Of a DNA stretch of 64,000 nt, positions 9,625 through 20,292 are shown one piece after another (position 1 is the stretch's first letter; each line of letters begins with the position of its first letter). Under the pieces are notes generated by a model, which saw only the letters and a list, made by a program, of their open reading frames with translations, was not told the origin of the DNA and did no database searches. The DNA is from a virus. The translations under genes and the position numbers were made by a program. The stretch covers positions 31,216-95,215 of the IMG/VR virus record IMGVR_UViG_3300037472_000016; one strand, 5' to 3'.

Positions 9625-12600
9625 TTGTTTCAAGACGAACAGTTAAACGAATACCTAAAAACATCTTCTTCTATTAACTCAAAGGCTTTGATTTTGGCCG
9701 AGTGGAATCTAAACTTTGCAGACAACATAGAGACTGTTGGAAATTATCGCTTTAGGCCCAATGCCGAAACTGGTTCTCGTGATGCACTATTTTCAAATAT
9801 TCAGGGGTACTTTGATAGGAACGATGCTCGAAACCTAGAAGAAGGAGTCCAGTTTTACACAGGAGCAACAGACGCAGACATAACCGTTGACGGTGGATTT
9901 GTTGATGGCCAAACCCTCATTCCCCAAGCCTTTACATCTAAAAAAGAAAAAGAGAAGCAGTTATACTCTCTGGAGGAATGCTTTGGAAGATTTAGACCAC
10001 GCTCAGGTATAAACAAGGCAAGGTTCTTTAATCAAAAGTTTTTGCAGTTTGACAGTAAGGATGTTTTTTCTAGGCCACGGTACTACATGGGGCACAGAGA
10101 CGACAAGTTTAAGTACTGGTCTTCTTACAGAACAGAGTCTAACATTGAAAGAGGAATTTCTCGATTGCTCAACGGAGCAAACGTGATTGATGATACCGCT
10201 CCTTTCGTGGTGTACAAAGCAGAAGTTCCTGCAAACAGGATTGTAGTAAAGATGCAAACAGGAGTGGGGGACATAGACCTTGGCCCATTCCAAACATCGT
10301 ATTCCACAAGCTCAGACCCCTTTTTTGGTTATGAGAATCAGGCGACACCCGTTTCTTGGAAGATTCAATATCTTAAAAACGATAGCTGGATAGATGCAAT
10401 CGAGTTTGACCCAGTATCCACTAGGGTCAATGGAGATAGGGTCATTGGGATTGATGGACACGTTGAGGTGTCTTATGGATTAGTTATACCGCTGGAGCAT
10501 CGTCAAACAATGTCTCTTGTTGGAGAGTATTCCAGTGAGGCCATTCTTCCTGTTGTTGCCGAAACAAACGAGGCATACCTTGTGGGTGCTTCTAGCACTG
10601 CCGCAGGTAGGGTTTTTGTTTGGACTGGAAGCTCTTACGATTCTTTTCCAGCAATCTACGGATGGTTCTTAAGGGAAGAAACAGATGCCAGCCTTGTGGG
10701 GGTAGCCTCAGAGCTTGTTAATCCTAAGTTCTTTGTCGCTGATGGACAGACTATATACAGAGAAGTATCAAAGATTTCCGGTATAAGAATTGTAGTTCAA
10801 ACAATGAACACCCTAGACTCAACCTTAGAGCTTATTGAGATATCTCCCAGGTTAGTTGTCAACATGACAGACAGAACTTCTGCATTCAACGTTACCAAGA
10901 GTGCATCAGACCTTGGAATCAGCGGTATGCCGGTAGGACAGTTGCTTGCATCTGTTGGCTCAATCTCTATCTTTGACTACGACTCTGCATTCAATGAAAA
11001 CAACGTGGGCAGCATTATATCCTCATTTTCATCTAAAAATATGAAGGTGAAGTTCTTCGAAGATATCGTTGATGGTTCTGGGCAAAGATATTTAATTCCC
11101 ATAAAGACTCTTTATGCAGAGGGCTTTCCCACTACATCAGTTCAAGACAGATCAGTCTCTGTGCCACTAAGAGACCTATTCTTCCTGCTAGAGTCTATGG
11201 AAGCGCCAGAGCTATTTTTGCAAAATGTTTCTATGACCTATGCAGTTTCAATTTTGCTAGACTCTATTGGGTTTTCTAACTATACCTTTAAGAGAATTGA
11301 CGATGAAAGCGATGCGATTATCCCTTTCTTCTTTGTTCAGCCAGGAAAAACGGTAGCGCAAGTTCTTCAAGACATTGCAGTTTCTACACAGACAGCCATG
11401 TTCTTTGATGAGTACAATAATTTTGTTATGATGACAAAGAACTTCATCATGCCAGCAGAGGGAGAGCGCCCAGTAGACCTAGTTCTTCGTGGCTCCAAGG
11501 ACTTTTCCGTTAGCGGAGTAGAAAAAAACAAAACTGTGCCAGGCAAGCAGCTTGCAAACATTCAGTCGATAAGCTCTATGCAGAATGATGTATACAATGA
11601 TGGAACCATTAGATATTATGCACGGCATATTCAAAGATCATACGGCTCCTTAAAGCAGAGTATGCTTATTGATAAAGACAAGTCTTGGAGCTATAAGCCA
11701 GTTCTGCTTTGGGAGGTTAGCCCTACTCCAAAGGTCAAGTCCCAGGGAGACGATGCTGGAGATCAGTCATCCTATGTGTTGTCTGCAATTCCCCTTAACT
11801 CAGACCTTAGCGAAGAAGTTCCTACAGTTGTTGGCGGAGAAGTTATAAACAATATCATTGAGTTTGGCGAGGGCATTTATTGGTTGTCTCGTTACAACGG
11901 ATACTTTTACTCCAATGGAGAAGTCATCAAGTACGATGCCGCTGAATATAGCGTGGCAGGAATTGGAGATGTTTGGGTTTCTAGCGCACAGGATTACCAC
12001 AAGCTCTTTTCTCAGGTTCCATTTAACGGAAAGATGTATCCTACAGGCACGCTTAGAATATTTTCAGAACCAAGCTACGAACTTATCGACGGCATCAGGG
12101 TAGCGAAAGACGGTCCAGTTGCTAAGCATGGAAGGGGTCAGTTTGACACCAAGGTTGTTGGGCACAGGGCAGGGCTAGACCCTTATTGGTCTAGTAACGA
12201 ATCTGTTGCTGGATGTAAAATGCAATCAAGTATTCTGTTTTCAAAAACTAAAGAGTTCTTCGTTGATGCCAGAAGTGATGTTTCTACTGGACTACCACCC
12301 ATAACACAATTTATTAGGGTCTCTGACATAACAGGATTAAAGATTGGTCTTTTGGTAGAAGTTGTTAGTGGTCCAGGAAGGCTTTCTCCAGGCTCAAAAA
12401 TTACTGGAATAAACGAGGCACAAAAAACCTTCGTTGTGGATAAGCCCATTCTTGTGCCCTTTGCATCAGTGCCCGGCTCTCCTGAACTTGCAACAACAAG
12501 GCTTAGAATGTCTGAGCTTGTAGACGTTGAGTCTTTAACGGTTGACACTGCTTCCGAGGTTTCGGTTGCTGGCTCCGCACCGGAATTTGCTAGGTCCACT

Positions 12601-14256
12601 ACCAGAAACGGTATAATTAAAAATTTTTTGTCTGCATCAAACATAACAGAGACACAGGCAAACTCTTTTTATTCCACACAGTCTGGAACAATTCAGTCTT
12701 CCGCCCTTGTTATGCAAGGTTCTCCACTTGGCGTTGACGAAAACCCCATAGACTTTATTTCGTATGTTCACAAGCCACTAAACGAAAAGTTTACTCACTT
12801 TGGTACTAGGATGAGAATTGTCGGAAAAGTTTCTAGCTCACAGGACAGGCAGTCTCCAGTAGGGAGTATGCCGTACTACTCTGTAGAGAGTGCGCTGTCA
12901 GAAGAAAGCGTTTCCATATCTGGTGGTTCGGGAGGAATTGCCGTACTGCTAAACCCATTGACAAACAATGGATACTACTTAGAGATTATATCTCTTACAG
13001 AGACTGATGTTTCAAGGTATGGAGAAGGAGCAGAGCTATATAGCATAGTGTTTTACAAGTTAATGAGAGAAAGAAGAGTCGCTAGTGGCGGTCAGACCGC
13101 TGTCTCACCTGAAACTCCAGCAATTCCAATAAAGCTTTGGGGTGGTGTCCTTCCTGTTGTGGTAGACGACGGACTGTTTGCTGGTCAAGCGAGGGTCTTC
13201 GGTGAAGAAAGCCCTAGCGTATATGACTTGTCTGTTGAGTATGTGGACTCTGGAGGAACAAGAAACTTTTATCTATACGTAAACAACAAACTGGTAAAAG
13301 TTGTTCAAGACACAGAGCCTCTTCCTGTATACAACAATATGGGGCTGTTTGTTCGTGGAACTTCAAGGATTATGTTTGAAAACATATTTGCCCTGTCCAA
13401 CAACGTTTCTCAAAACTCTGTAGCAACTCTTGATACTGCAATTGGCTCGGTATTTGCTAATCAGGAAATAACAGTTAACGACTCATTAAGAAAATACGCC
13501 ATGAGCGGAATGGTTCAGAGTACATATCTTTCGGGAGTCGGTAACTCAGAGCCACCGAAGTACTCCATATACTTTGAAGAGTTTGGCACAATCATGAGAG
13601 AGGCTGCATACTTCAACGTAAAGTATGACAGAGCCTATCCAGCGCTATACGCTCAAATTTCCCCAACCTTTAATAACATGAAGGGGTACACAATTTCTGG
13701 TTTTATTGCCGGGGCATACGGAGCGGAGTTCTTAATCTTTAATAATACAGATACCGCACTAAACCTTGATGAAACAACAGGAAACTATCTAAGAATTCAG
13801 GGTGTTGCGTTTACTCAGCAGACCCAGTATGACTTGACAGTAGATGAATATTTTGGGGTAAAAAGCAATATGTCTACTGCGCTATTTCAAAAAGATAATA
13901 CAATTGAGGGAGCCAATAGAGCAAAAGAAGACATAATTGGTATTAGACAAAACAGGATATCTTATGGAAGAAAAGAATTCTCTATTGACCCTATATATAT
14001 ACAATCAGAAGATGCTGCAAACGAGCTTATGGATTGGATGATATCCAAAACAATGAGCAAGAAAAAGTCAGTAGGCTTGCAGTTGTTCGGAACACCCACC
14101 CTGCAATTGGGAGACATTGTGTCTATTGATTACAAGGATTCTGCGGGGGTAGACGAAGTGGCCATTGATTCTGAAACCTTTACTGTGTACAGTATTGAAT
14201 ACTCTAGAGATGCCTCTGGACCATCAACGTTGGTGTATTTGAGCGAGGTTGCATAG
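9625..14256 (+). CDS. Large minor tail / baseplate hub protein (1543 aa)
   Basis: Position; beta-rich; C-terminal PTLQLGDIVSI motif typical of hub/Tal proteins. Confidence 0.7.
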   Translation: MFQDEQLNEYLKTSSSINSKALILAEWNLNFADNIETVGNYRFRPNAETGSRDALFSNIQGYFDRNDARNLEEGVQFYTGATDADITVDGGFVDGQTLIPQAFTSKKEKEKQLYSLEECFGRFRPRSGINKARFFNQKFLQFDSKDVFSRPRYYMGHRDDKFKYWSSYRTESNIERGISRLLNGANVIDDTAPFVVYKAEVPANRIVVKMQTGVGDIDLGPFQTSYSTSSDPFFGYENQATPVSWKIQYLKNDSWIDAIEFDPVSTRVNGDRVIGIDGHVEVSYGLVIPLEHRQTMSLVGEYSSEAILPVVAETNEAYLVGASSTAAGRVFVWTGSSYDSFPAIYGWFLREETDASLVGVASELVNPKFFVADGQTIYREVSKISGIRIVVQTMNTLDSTLELIEISPRLVVNMTDRTSAFNVTKSASDLGISGMPVGQLLASVGSISIFDYDSAFNENNVGSIISSFSSKNMKVKFFEDIVDGSGQRYLIPIKTLYAEGFPTTSVQDRSVSVPLRDLFFLLESMEAPELFLQNVSMTYAVSILLDSIGFSNYTFKRIDDESDAIIPFFFVQPGKTVAQVLQDIAVSTQTAMFFDEYNNFVMMTKNFIMPAEGERPVDLVLRGSKDFSVSGVEKNKTVPGKQLANIQSISSMQNDVYNDGTIRYYARHIQRSYGSLKQSMLIDKDKSWSYKPVLLWEVSPTPKVKSQGDDAGDQSSYVLSAIPLNSDLSEEVPTVVGGEVINNIIEFGEGIYWLSRYNGYFYSNGEVIKYDAAEYSVAGIGDVWVSSAQDYHKLFSQVPFNGKMYPTGTLRIFSEPSYELIDGIRVAKDGPVAKHGRGQFDTKVVGHRAGLDPYWSSNESVAGCKMQSSILFSKTKEFFVDARSDVSTGLPPITQFIRVSDITGLKIGLLVEVVSGPGRLSPGSKITGINEAQKTFVVDKPILVPFASVPGSPELATTRLRMSELVDVESLTVDTASEVSVAGSAPEFARSTTRNGIIKNFLSASNITETQANSFYSTQSGTIQSSALVMQGSPLGVDENPIDFISYVHKPLNEKFTHFGTRMRIVGKVSSSQDRQSPVGSMPYYSVESALSEESVSISGGSGGIAVLLNPLTNNGYYLEIISLTETDVSRYGEGAELYSIVFYKLMRERRVASGGQTAVSPETPAIPIKLWGGVLPVVVDDGLFAGQARVFGEESPSVYDLSVEYVDSGGTRNFYLYVNNKLVKVVQDTEPLPVYNNMGLFVRGTSRIMFENIFALSNNVSQNSVATLDTAIGSVFANQEITVNDSLRKYAMSGMVQSTYLSGVGNSEPPKYSIYFEEFGTIMREAAYFNVKYDRAYPALYAQISPTFNNMKGYTISGFIAGAYGAEFLIFNNTDTALNLDETTGNYLRIQGVAFTQQTQYDLTVDEYFGVKSNMSTALFQKDNTIEGANRAKEDIIGIRQNRISYGRKEFSIDPIYIQSEDAANELMDWMISKTMSKKKSVGLQLFGTPTLQLGDIVSIDYKDSAGVDEVAIDSETFTVYSIEYSRDASGPSTLVYLSEVA

Positions 14257-14810
14257 TGGTTAAGCCAAACAAAAAGAGGTCACGCCGATCATCACCCGGA
14301 ATTGAGGGTACCGTTACAACAATGCCAGTAAGTCCGGTTCCTCCCTATATGCCAACCTCAATGCCCACGTTTACTATCGATACTCCAGTAAAAGTAGCGA
14401 CTCCAGAGTTAGTCATAACAGGAGAGGCACCCATGACTGTTGAAGAAATGACAGACCTGGTGTTTGAAAAAATAGGCGGTCACGAAATTATTAATCTTCT
14501 AAGGCTTGAAAATGTGAACGGAATCAATGCGTCATATCAGCCAATAAGAAACGTTGCACAGCTTGCAGCAGAGTATGGCCCCATTACAATATTGCCACTA
14601 CCTCGATCAACTAATTTTTACTTTAATGGTTTTGCTATTGATCTTTTGGCAAGGGTGCCTCAAAAGGGATTGGGTTCCAACATATACATAGATGCAAGTC
14701 AGGTAGGACCCTCAAGCTTAATCATCGAGGTAGCGAATATGCTGCCAGAAGAACGAGTAGAGGTAGAAATAATAAAGACCAAAGATGCGTTTAATGATAC
14801 AATTGTGTAG
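14256..14810 (+). CDS. Minor tail protein
   Basis: Coupled to the previous gene within the tail module. Confidence 0.5.
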   Translation: MVKPNKKRSRRSSPGIEGTVTTMPVSPVPPYMPTSMPTFTIDTPVKVATPELVITGEAPMTVEEMTDLVFEKIGGHEIINLLRLENVNGINASYQPIRNVAQLAAEYGPITILPLPRSTNFYFNGFAIDLLARVPQKGLGSNIYIDASQVGPSSLIIEVANMLPEERVEVEIIKTKDAFNDTIV

Positions 14811-14818
14811 GTGAAAAA

Positions 14819-16333
14819 ATGATAACGGAAACTGGAAAAGCAATTCTGTCAAAGTATCTCATTGGGCAAAGCCCAGGCTATGCTTCGCACATTGCTCTGG
14901 GATGTGGCCCAAGGCCCCTTGCAGCAGGAGAGGCTTTCGGAGATTATTCTAACAAGGAGTCTCTAGATTTCGAGATGTTTCGAGTGCCCATTATTTCTCG
15001 GGGGTACGTGACAGAAAACAATCAAACAAGCATTGCACTAACGGCAGAGCTTCCCACAGAAGAAAGATATGAAATCACCGAGGTTGGAATATATTCCGCT
15101 GGAGCAAACCCCTCTGCTGGTTCAAGAGATAGCAAAACTGTATTTTCTTTTTCTAGAAACGAGGGTTGGGAGTATCATGCAGAAGGAGTAGCGCAATCTC
15201 TTCCAGTCCGTAACCTTCCTCTAAACTCTCTAAGCCCTACAGACATAGACTTTCCAACGCTTACAGAGCAGTACAGGTATCACGTTTTAGCTGACGGTCT
15301 TACTGCAAACAGCTTTAGGGTTTCTGAAAGCTTGTTCAAGATTGTAATCGCTCCACCAGCACCACCTGCATCAGTAATTAGCGACATTGTTGTGTCAACA
15401 ACAGGGCCTCAGTCCGGCACACACACTGTCTTGAACTCTGATGGAGAACCTATTGGAGCCGTCACAATGAGCGATAGTGGTTCAAATCTAATCAGTCTAA
15501 ACGGGCATGGATTGTCTGCCCAAGACTCTGTTTATTTTGTTAGCAGCGGAAGCCTTCCGCCCTCGATACTGTCTGCGCGACCAGTAGTTCCAGCACTTCA
15601 AACAGCCTCTAGCAACGTTATTTTTGTTCAAGAGGCAAGGGTGAAAAGGAATGAGCGGTCTCGATTCCTAGACAACGTTATTTTGTTGGGCGGAGACACT
15701 GGAAACATTGTGGTAAATCCTGATACTGGAAATCTAGAAGAAGGACCGCTTTCCAGGCACATTCATTTAACGGGACAATCTTTTTCTTTTGACAAAAACT
15801 CCTCTACAGATGAGTTAAGAATTGCCTTTTCTGTTGTAAATAGATTAGAGGCATCCGACAATCCAGAAGCGGTTAGGATTCTTGTTGAATTTCGTTCAAC
15901 TGAAAGTGTAGGAGAGGGGTCTCAATTTGCAAAATTTGAGGCAGAGGTTTTCTTTGTTGAGCCACCAGCAGGAGTCAGTCAAAACAGGTACATCGTTTTG
16001 TCTAAGAAGCTAGAAGATTTAGAAAAAAGTGCAAACTTCACCTGGAGCGCAATGAATGTTGCAAAAATTTCGGTATCGGTTCTAGATACCGTTTTAGCCC
16101 CACCCCCAGGAGACCCACAAGGAGCACCAACCCTACAGCAACTTCAATCAGACAAATGGTATGTCGCACTAGATGCTTTGAGGTTTGAAAACACATCCAT
16201 TAAAAACCCTCTTTACGGTTTGACGGGGTATTCGGTTGTTAGGACCGAAACCGCAGATGGATTGCCCATCATTAAAGGTTCAAACACAAAGAGCCTTGTT
16301 GAATTCAGGTTTGCTTTGTCTGTGGGAAACTAG
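14819..16333 (+). CDS. Minor tail / baseplate protein
   Basis: N-terminal MITETGK...HIALG.G...EITEVGIY resembles tail-fibre/baseplate attachment domains. Confidence 0.6.
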   Translation: MITETGKAILSKYLIGQSPGYASHIALGCGPRPLAAGEAFGDYSNKESLDFEMFRVPIISRGYVTENNQTSIALTAELPTEERYEITEVGIYSAGANPSAGSRDSKTVFSFSRNEGWEYHAEGVAQSLPVRNLPLNSLSPTDIDFPTLTEQYRYHVLADGLTANSFRVSESLFKIVIAPPAPPASVISDIVVSTTGPQSGTHTVLNSDGEPIGAVTMSDSGSNLISLNGHGLSAQDSVYFVSSGSLPPSILSARPVVPALQTASSNVIFVQEARVKRNERSRFLDNVILLGGDTGNIVVNPDTGNLEEGPLSRHIHLTGQSFSFDKNSSTDELRIAFSVVNRLEASDNPEAVRILVEFRSTESVGEGSQFAKFEAEVFFVEPPAGVSQNRYIVLSKKLEDLEKSANFTWSAMNVAKISVSVLDTVLAPPPGDPQGAPTLQQLQSDKWYVALDALRFENTSIKNPLYGLTGYSVVRTETADGLPIIKGSNTKSLVEFRFALSVGN

Positions 16334-16343
16334 AAGGTACGTA

Positions 16344-16547
16344 ATGGAAGAGTTAGTCAAAAAGATTATTGTTCCGGTATCTGAGATACAACGTCTAACT
16401 GAAACAGACATTCAAGATGGTATCAAGCAGTATGTTCGATACCGAATTATTTCAGAAGACCGTAACAGAACTTCATCGTGGTCTCCGTTAGTAGAGTTTT
16501 CTTTGGATGAAGCTGGCCTAAATGTTCTAGATGGTGGTGCTCCTTGA
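16344..16547 (+). CDS. Small tail-associated protein
   Basis: ATG after AGAAGG; [19 protein letters not shown] is an Fn3-like terminal strand. Confidence 0.5.
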   Translation: MEELVKKIIVPVSEIQRLTETDIQDGIKQYVRYRIISEDRNRTSSWSPLVEFSLDEAGLNVLDGGAP

Positions 16548-17911
16548 CCCAGGTGGACAGTAGGGCATTTTCTAATATCCAGGTGCGCCGTGGTACGGCA
16601 GAGCAGTGGATAGCCAAAAATCCCATTTTGCTTGTTGGAGAGTTTGGATTTGAAACATCCAGCAATCGTGTAAAGATTGGCGATGGGGAGACACCGTGGA
16701 ACTCTATGCCGTATTTTTCCACTACTGGTGGTGGAGCAACGGGTCTTACAGGAGCTACAGGCTCTACAGGTCCACAGGGTGCCGTAGGCCCCACAGGACC
16801 AACAGGAGCCATAGGTCTTACAGGACCAACAGGAGCCACAGGCTCTACAGGTCCACAGGGTGCCGTAGGCCCCACAGGACCAACGGGAGCCATAGGTCTT
16901 ACAGGACCAACAGGAGCCACAGGCTCTACAGGTCCACAGGGTGCCGTAGGCCCCACAGGACCAACGGGAGCCATAGGGCTAACGGGAGTCGCAGGCCCAA
17001 CTGGTCCAACAGGAGCAGACTCCACGGTACAAGGTCCAACAGGCCCAGAAGGAAGCATAGGGCTAACAGGACAGCAAGGTTCTACGGGAGCCACAGGACC
17101 AACGGGGCCTTCATTTGTTGTAGAATCGGCAACAACAACAGATTCAGGCATTGTTAAGCTTGCCACTGCTGAGGAAACACTGGCAGTTGCAGATGGTAGC
17201 TTAGCAGTTACTCCACTTTCTCTTGCTGGTTTTTTGCCTGCTGGAATGGTTTCTCCCTTTGCTGGCAGCGCGGCACCAGCGGGCTGGATGTTTTGCGACG
17301 GGCAGGCTGTTTCACGCACTGTGTTTGCAGTCTTGTTTAATTCCATCGGCACTCAATACGGCGGAGGTGACGGCTCAACCACCTTCAACCTTCCTGACAT
17401 GCGGGGCCGCGCGGTCGTCGGACGCGATGCGGGCCAGTCGGAGTTTGACTCGCTCGACCAAGCGGGCGGCGCTAAGACTCATTCGCTGAGCACGATAGAG
17501 ACGCCCGCTCACAGTCACACTGTGAGCGCGACGACAAGCTCGGACTCGCATACCCACACCTTCAGCGCGACGACAAGCTCAGACTCGCACAATCACACCT
17601 TCAGCGGCACGACTGACAATCATGACATTCGCGCTGGGTTCTCAAGCGCTGACGGCAGTTCAGGGTCAGGTCGAATAAGAGCAGGGTTCGAGACGAACGG
17701 GCGATACACGCAAAGTCTCTCAGGCGGTGATCATTCGCACCCTTTCAGCGGCACAACAGCGTCAGACTCGCACACGCACACAGTCAGCGGCACAACAGCG
17801 TCAGACTCGCACACGCACACAGTCAGCGGCACAACGAGCACAACGCCGACAGCTGCCGCGCACAATAATCTTCAACCGTACCGAGTGCTCAACTTCATCA
17901 TCAAAACCTAA
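16544..17911 (+). CDS. Tail fibre: Mtd-N/hyaluronidase-type N-terminus, collagen repeats, tail-collar domain, His-repeat tip
   Basis: [22 protein letters not shown]...KIGDG; Gly-X-Y run; PAGWMFCDG...[15 protein letters not shown] collar; HxH repeats; ends [15 protein letters not shown]. Confidence 0.85.
   Translation: MTQVDSRAFSNIQVRRGTAEQWIAKNPILLVGEFGFETSSNRVKIGDGETPWNSMPYFSTTGGGATGLTGATGSTGPQGAVGPTGPTGAIGLTGPTGATGSTGPQGAVGPTGPTGAIGLTGPTGATGSTGPQGAVGPTGPTGAIGLTGVAGPTGPTGADSTVQGPTGPEGSIGLTGQQGSTGATGPTGPSFVVESATTTDSGIVKLATAEETLAVADGSLAVTPLSLAGFLPAGMVSPFAGSAAPAGWMFCDGQAVSRTVFAVLFNSIGTQYGGGDGSTTFNLPDMRGRAVVGRDAGQSEFDSLDQAGGAKTHSLSTIETPAHSHTVSATTSSDSHTHTFSATTSSDSHNHTFSGTTDNHDIRAGFSSADGSSGSGRIRAGFETNGRYTQSLSGGDHSHPFSGTTASDSHTHTVSGTTASDSHTHTVSGTTSTTPTAAAHNNLQPYRVLNFIIKT
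16751..16987 (+). repeat. About 3 x 81-bp tandem repeat (collagen unit [27 protein letters not shown])
   Basis: Near-identical units start at 16751, 16832 and 16913. Confidence 0.9.
17746..17836 (+). repeat. About 2.3 x 39-bp tandem repeat ([13 protein letters not shown])
   Basis: CAGCGGCACAACAGCGTCAGACTCGCACACGCACACAGT is repeated exactly; degenerate copies occur at ~17510-17610. Confidence 0.85.
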
Positions 17912-17922
17912 CGGGAGAAAAA

Positions 17923-18021
17923 ATGACTGTGCAAGAGCTACCATCAGGCGCAACGCCTCGACGGGTGCGTTTGCAAGTCGCTAACGGAGCACACGTCGAA
18001 GCGTCCTACACGAAAGGTTAA
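17923..18021 (+). pseudogene. 32-codon ORF, possibly a remnant of a gene acquired with the fibre tip
   Basis: GGGAG SD, then ATG right after the fibre stop; GC-rich like the fibre tip; ends early. Confidence 0.3.
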
Positions 18022-18160
18022 CCTTCGGTGCTAGTGGAAATACTGACAGCGGAAGGAAGTGCGTCATTGCTTGTTTTTGACCGCCTTGTCGTGATAGAAT
18101 GTATCTATGACAAAAACAATCATTATTATATTTGACTTTTCAGCGAAAGGGTAATAGATA

Positions 18161-20233
18161 ATGGCTCCAATTTCTTCCAGCATCGGAAGCATGTTCTTAG
18201 GCACCACCCCTGTTAGCCTTGCCTATCTTGGTGCTGTTCCTGTCCTAACGAACACCCAACCCCCTGCCAACCCGATCACCATTACTCCCTCCAACTCGCT
18301 AGAGTCAATGGCGGTGCAACACGTAAGCAACTTCCGCACCTGGCTTGGTGGAGGACTGCAAGGATTTATTGGAGAGTTTGGGGTACCTAACGACCGTCCT
18401 GTTTCTGAGCAAGACCAGTGGAATACCATGCAGGACAAAATGCTTCACAAGCTTAACGCTGACAAAATTGGGTGGACGTTTTGGGCTACCGGCCACTTGT
18501 GGGGCAACGGGTACAACGTTAGTTATTACGAAAACAACGGCAACCCAGGAGGAACTTGGTCACTAGAAGATAGTGCCGCGACAATGGAAACGCACTACAA
18601 CGACCCTGTACCGTTTACGGGTGGTAACTATGCAGGACACGAGTTCTTCAATGGATCAACGGCTCCTGCACTTGCCGACTGGCAGTTCCACAAGGGCCGC
18701 GGCATGAACTTAGCCCGCTATCCAATTGGGCCAGCATTTATTTACCCGACAGCAAACGCACCGTTGAACACAGCAAACTTGACGCACATTCTTGACACGT
18801 TAAACCGCGCGCAAACTGCGGGTATAACTGTGATGCTTGACGTTCTCCACCCTGGTAGTGGTAACGATTACGCGAGAATGTTTGGGTTGCCCCTAACAAA
18901 CCCCACTGCTCTTGCACACTATCAAGACTACATTACTCGCTTGCACGCGGCAGTTGGCGATCACCCTGCTCTGTGGGGCTACGACATTGCTAATGAGCCA
19001 AATGGCGTGACCCCTGCCCAATGGGAGACAATTAGTCAAACCTTGTACACATGGTACAGAACAACTCTCGGCTGGACAGGAAACATTGTCATTCCTGCCG
19101 GTTCGTTTTCCGGTGCCCATTCACTGAACTCCCTTCATCCGAACGGGCCGTGGATTCAAACAAGCGGATACGACGCAAACCTGTACTACACAGCCCACTA
19201 CTACCCAAACCGTATTGGACAGTTTGGAAGTTACGATGGAACATTCAACAATCCAGACGCAACTCAGGCAAGCTTTAATGCCAACGTGACGAGTGCTACC
19301 ACTGCTGGCTTTACAGGTGGAGCGTTTACCTACACACCGCGCACCACGGTAGCACCGTCTACACCTACAGCGCCTACCCTTACGTCGAAAACACATTCGC
19401 AAGTGGTGTTAGGTTGGACGGCAGTGGCTGGGGCTATCGGTTATGTCGTGTACCGTAGTGGGAATAGAATTTTAGATACCGCTCAAACGTCAGCTACAAT
19501 TACAGGCCTAACTCCAGAAACGGCATACCTGTTTTCTATTCGAGCATATAACGCTTCTTGGAATTTGTCAGCCAGTTCACCAAACCTGTCGGTCACAACA
19601 AATGTTGCCCCTGTTTCATCTGGCAATGTTGTGTTCGATGCGGTATCAAGCAGGACAACAAGTTTTGCCAACAACTACACGTTCACGCATACGGCATCCG
19701 GCGCAGATAGATATGCCCTGGTGTTTGTTGCCTTCCGAACTAACTCAATCACAGGCATTACCTATGGTGGGGCACCGATGACGCTGTTGCAGACAATCGT
19801 GAACACAAACGTTTCTGGTGGCCAAATTTGGGGCATTGCCGCACCAGCAACAGGCACGCAAACAGTTGCAGTATCTTTGAGCGGTTTCGTGCTAAACAAT
19901 GCGGCGGCGCTGTCTTTTACCGGGGTAAATCAGACGGCAAGTGTTGATGCTGTCGCTGGAATTCCTGGAGGCTTTTCAGCAACCTCATCTACGCCGATTA
20001 CGACCACAGTAAACAACGCACACATTGTTCACGCCTTTATGTCAAAAGAGAACAGAGTTCTCGATACAACCTCTGGGACAGAGCGCGTGGACATTGGAAA
20101 CCCAGATGCCAACCTGGGTTCACTTGCCGTAGCTGACCTTGTTAGGGTCACGGCGGGTACTGGCTCCGTGGCTTGGACTGCGGATATCTCAGACAATTTT
20201 AGTACCATCGCGGTAGCGCTCCGACCAGTATAG
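18161..20233 (+). CDS. GH5-like glycoside hydrolase (circularly permuted) + Fn3 + C-terminal beta domain; putative virion-associated depolymerase
   Basis: Motifs GNYAGHEF, GMNLARYP, VMLDVLH, YDIANEP, YTAHYY, FIGEFG, GWTFW; Fn3 signature W...GYVVYR...TITGLTPETAYLFSIRAYN. Confidence 0.8.
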   Translation: MAPISSSIGSMFLGTTPVSLAYLGAVPVLTNTQPPANPITITPSNSLESMAVQHVSNFRTWLGGGLQGFIGEFGVPNDRPVSEQDQWNTMQDKMLHKLNADKIGWTFWATGHLWGNGYNVSYYENNGNPGGTWSLEDSAATMETHYNDPVPFTGGNYAGHEFFNGSTAPALADWQFHKGRGMNLARYPIGPAFIYPTANAPLNTANLTHILDTLNRAQTAGITVMLDVLHPGSGNDYARMFGLPLTNPTALAHYQDYITRLHAAVGDHPALWGYDIANEPNGVTPAQWETISQTLYTWYRTTLGWTGNIVIPAGSFSGAHSLNSLHPNGPWIQTSGYDANLYYTAHYYPNRIGQFGSYDGTFNNPDATQASFNANVTSATTAGFTGGAFTYTPRTTVAPSTPTAPTLTSKTHSQVVLGWTAVAGAIGYVVYRSGNRILDTAQTSATITGLTPETAYLFSIRAYNASWNLSASSPNLSVTTNVAPVSSGNVVFDAVSSRTTSFANNYTFTHTASGADRYALVFVAFRTNSITGITYGGAPMTLLQTIVNTNVSGGQIWGIAAPATGTQTVAVSLSGFVLNNAAALSFTGVNQTASVDAVAGIPGGFSATSSTPITTTVNNAHIVHAFMSKENRVLDTTSGTERVDIGNPDANLGSLAVADLVRVTAGTGSVAWTADISDNFSTIAVALRPV

Positions 20234-20292
20234 TCCTGATTCGCAAAACAATCTTAAATCGTCACTGCCCTGAAACCTGCTATAATTAAGAA

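Noticed and set aside
1581-17557. Many antisense and alternate-frame ORFs over tail genes (for example 2424..3110 and 16447..17352)
   Set aside because: They are shadows of long coding or Gly-X-Y repeat sequence and lack their own RBS or recognisable motifs.
16544-17911. Diversity-generating retroelement suggested by the Mtd-like N-terminus
   Set aside because: No reverse transcriptase and no template/variable repeat pair were seen in the window.
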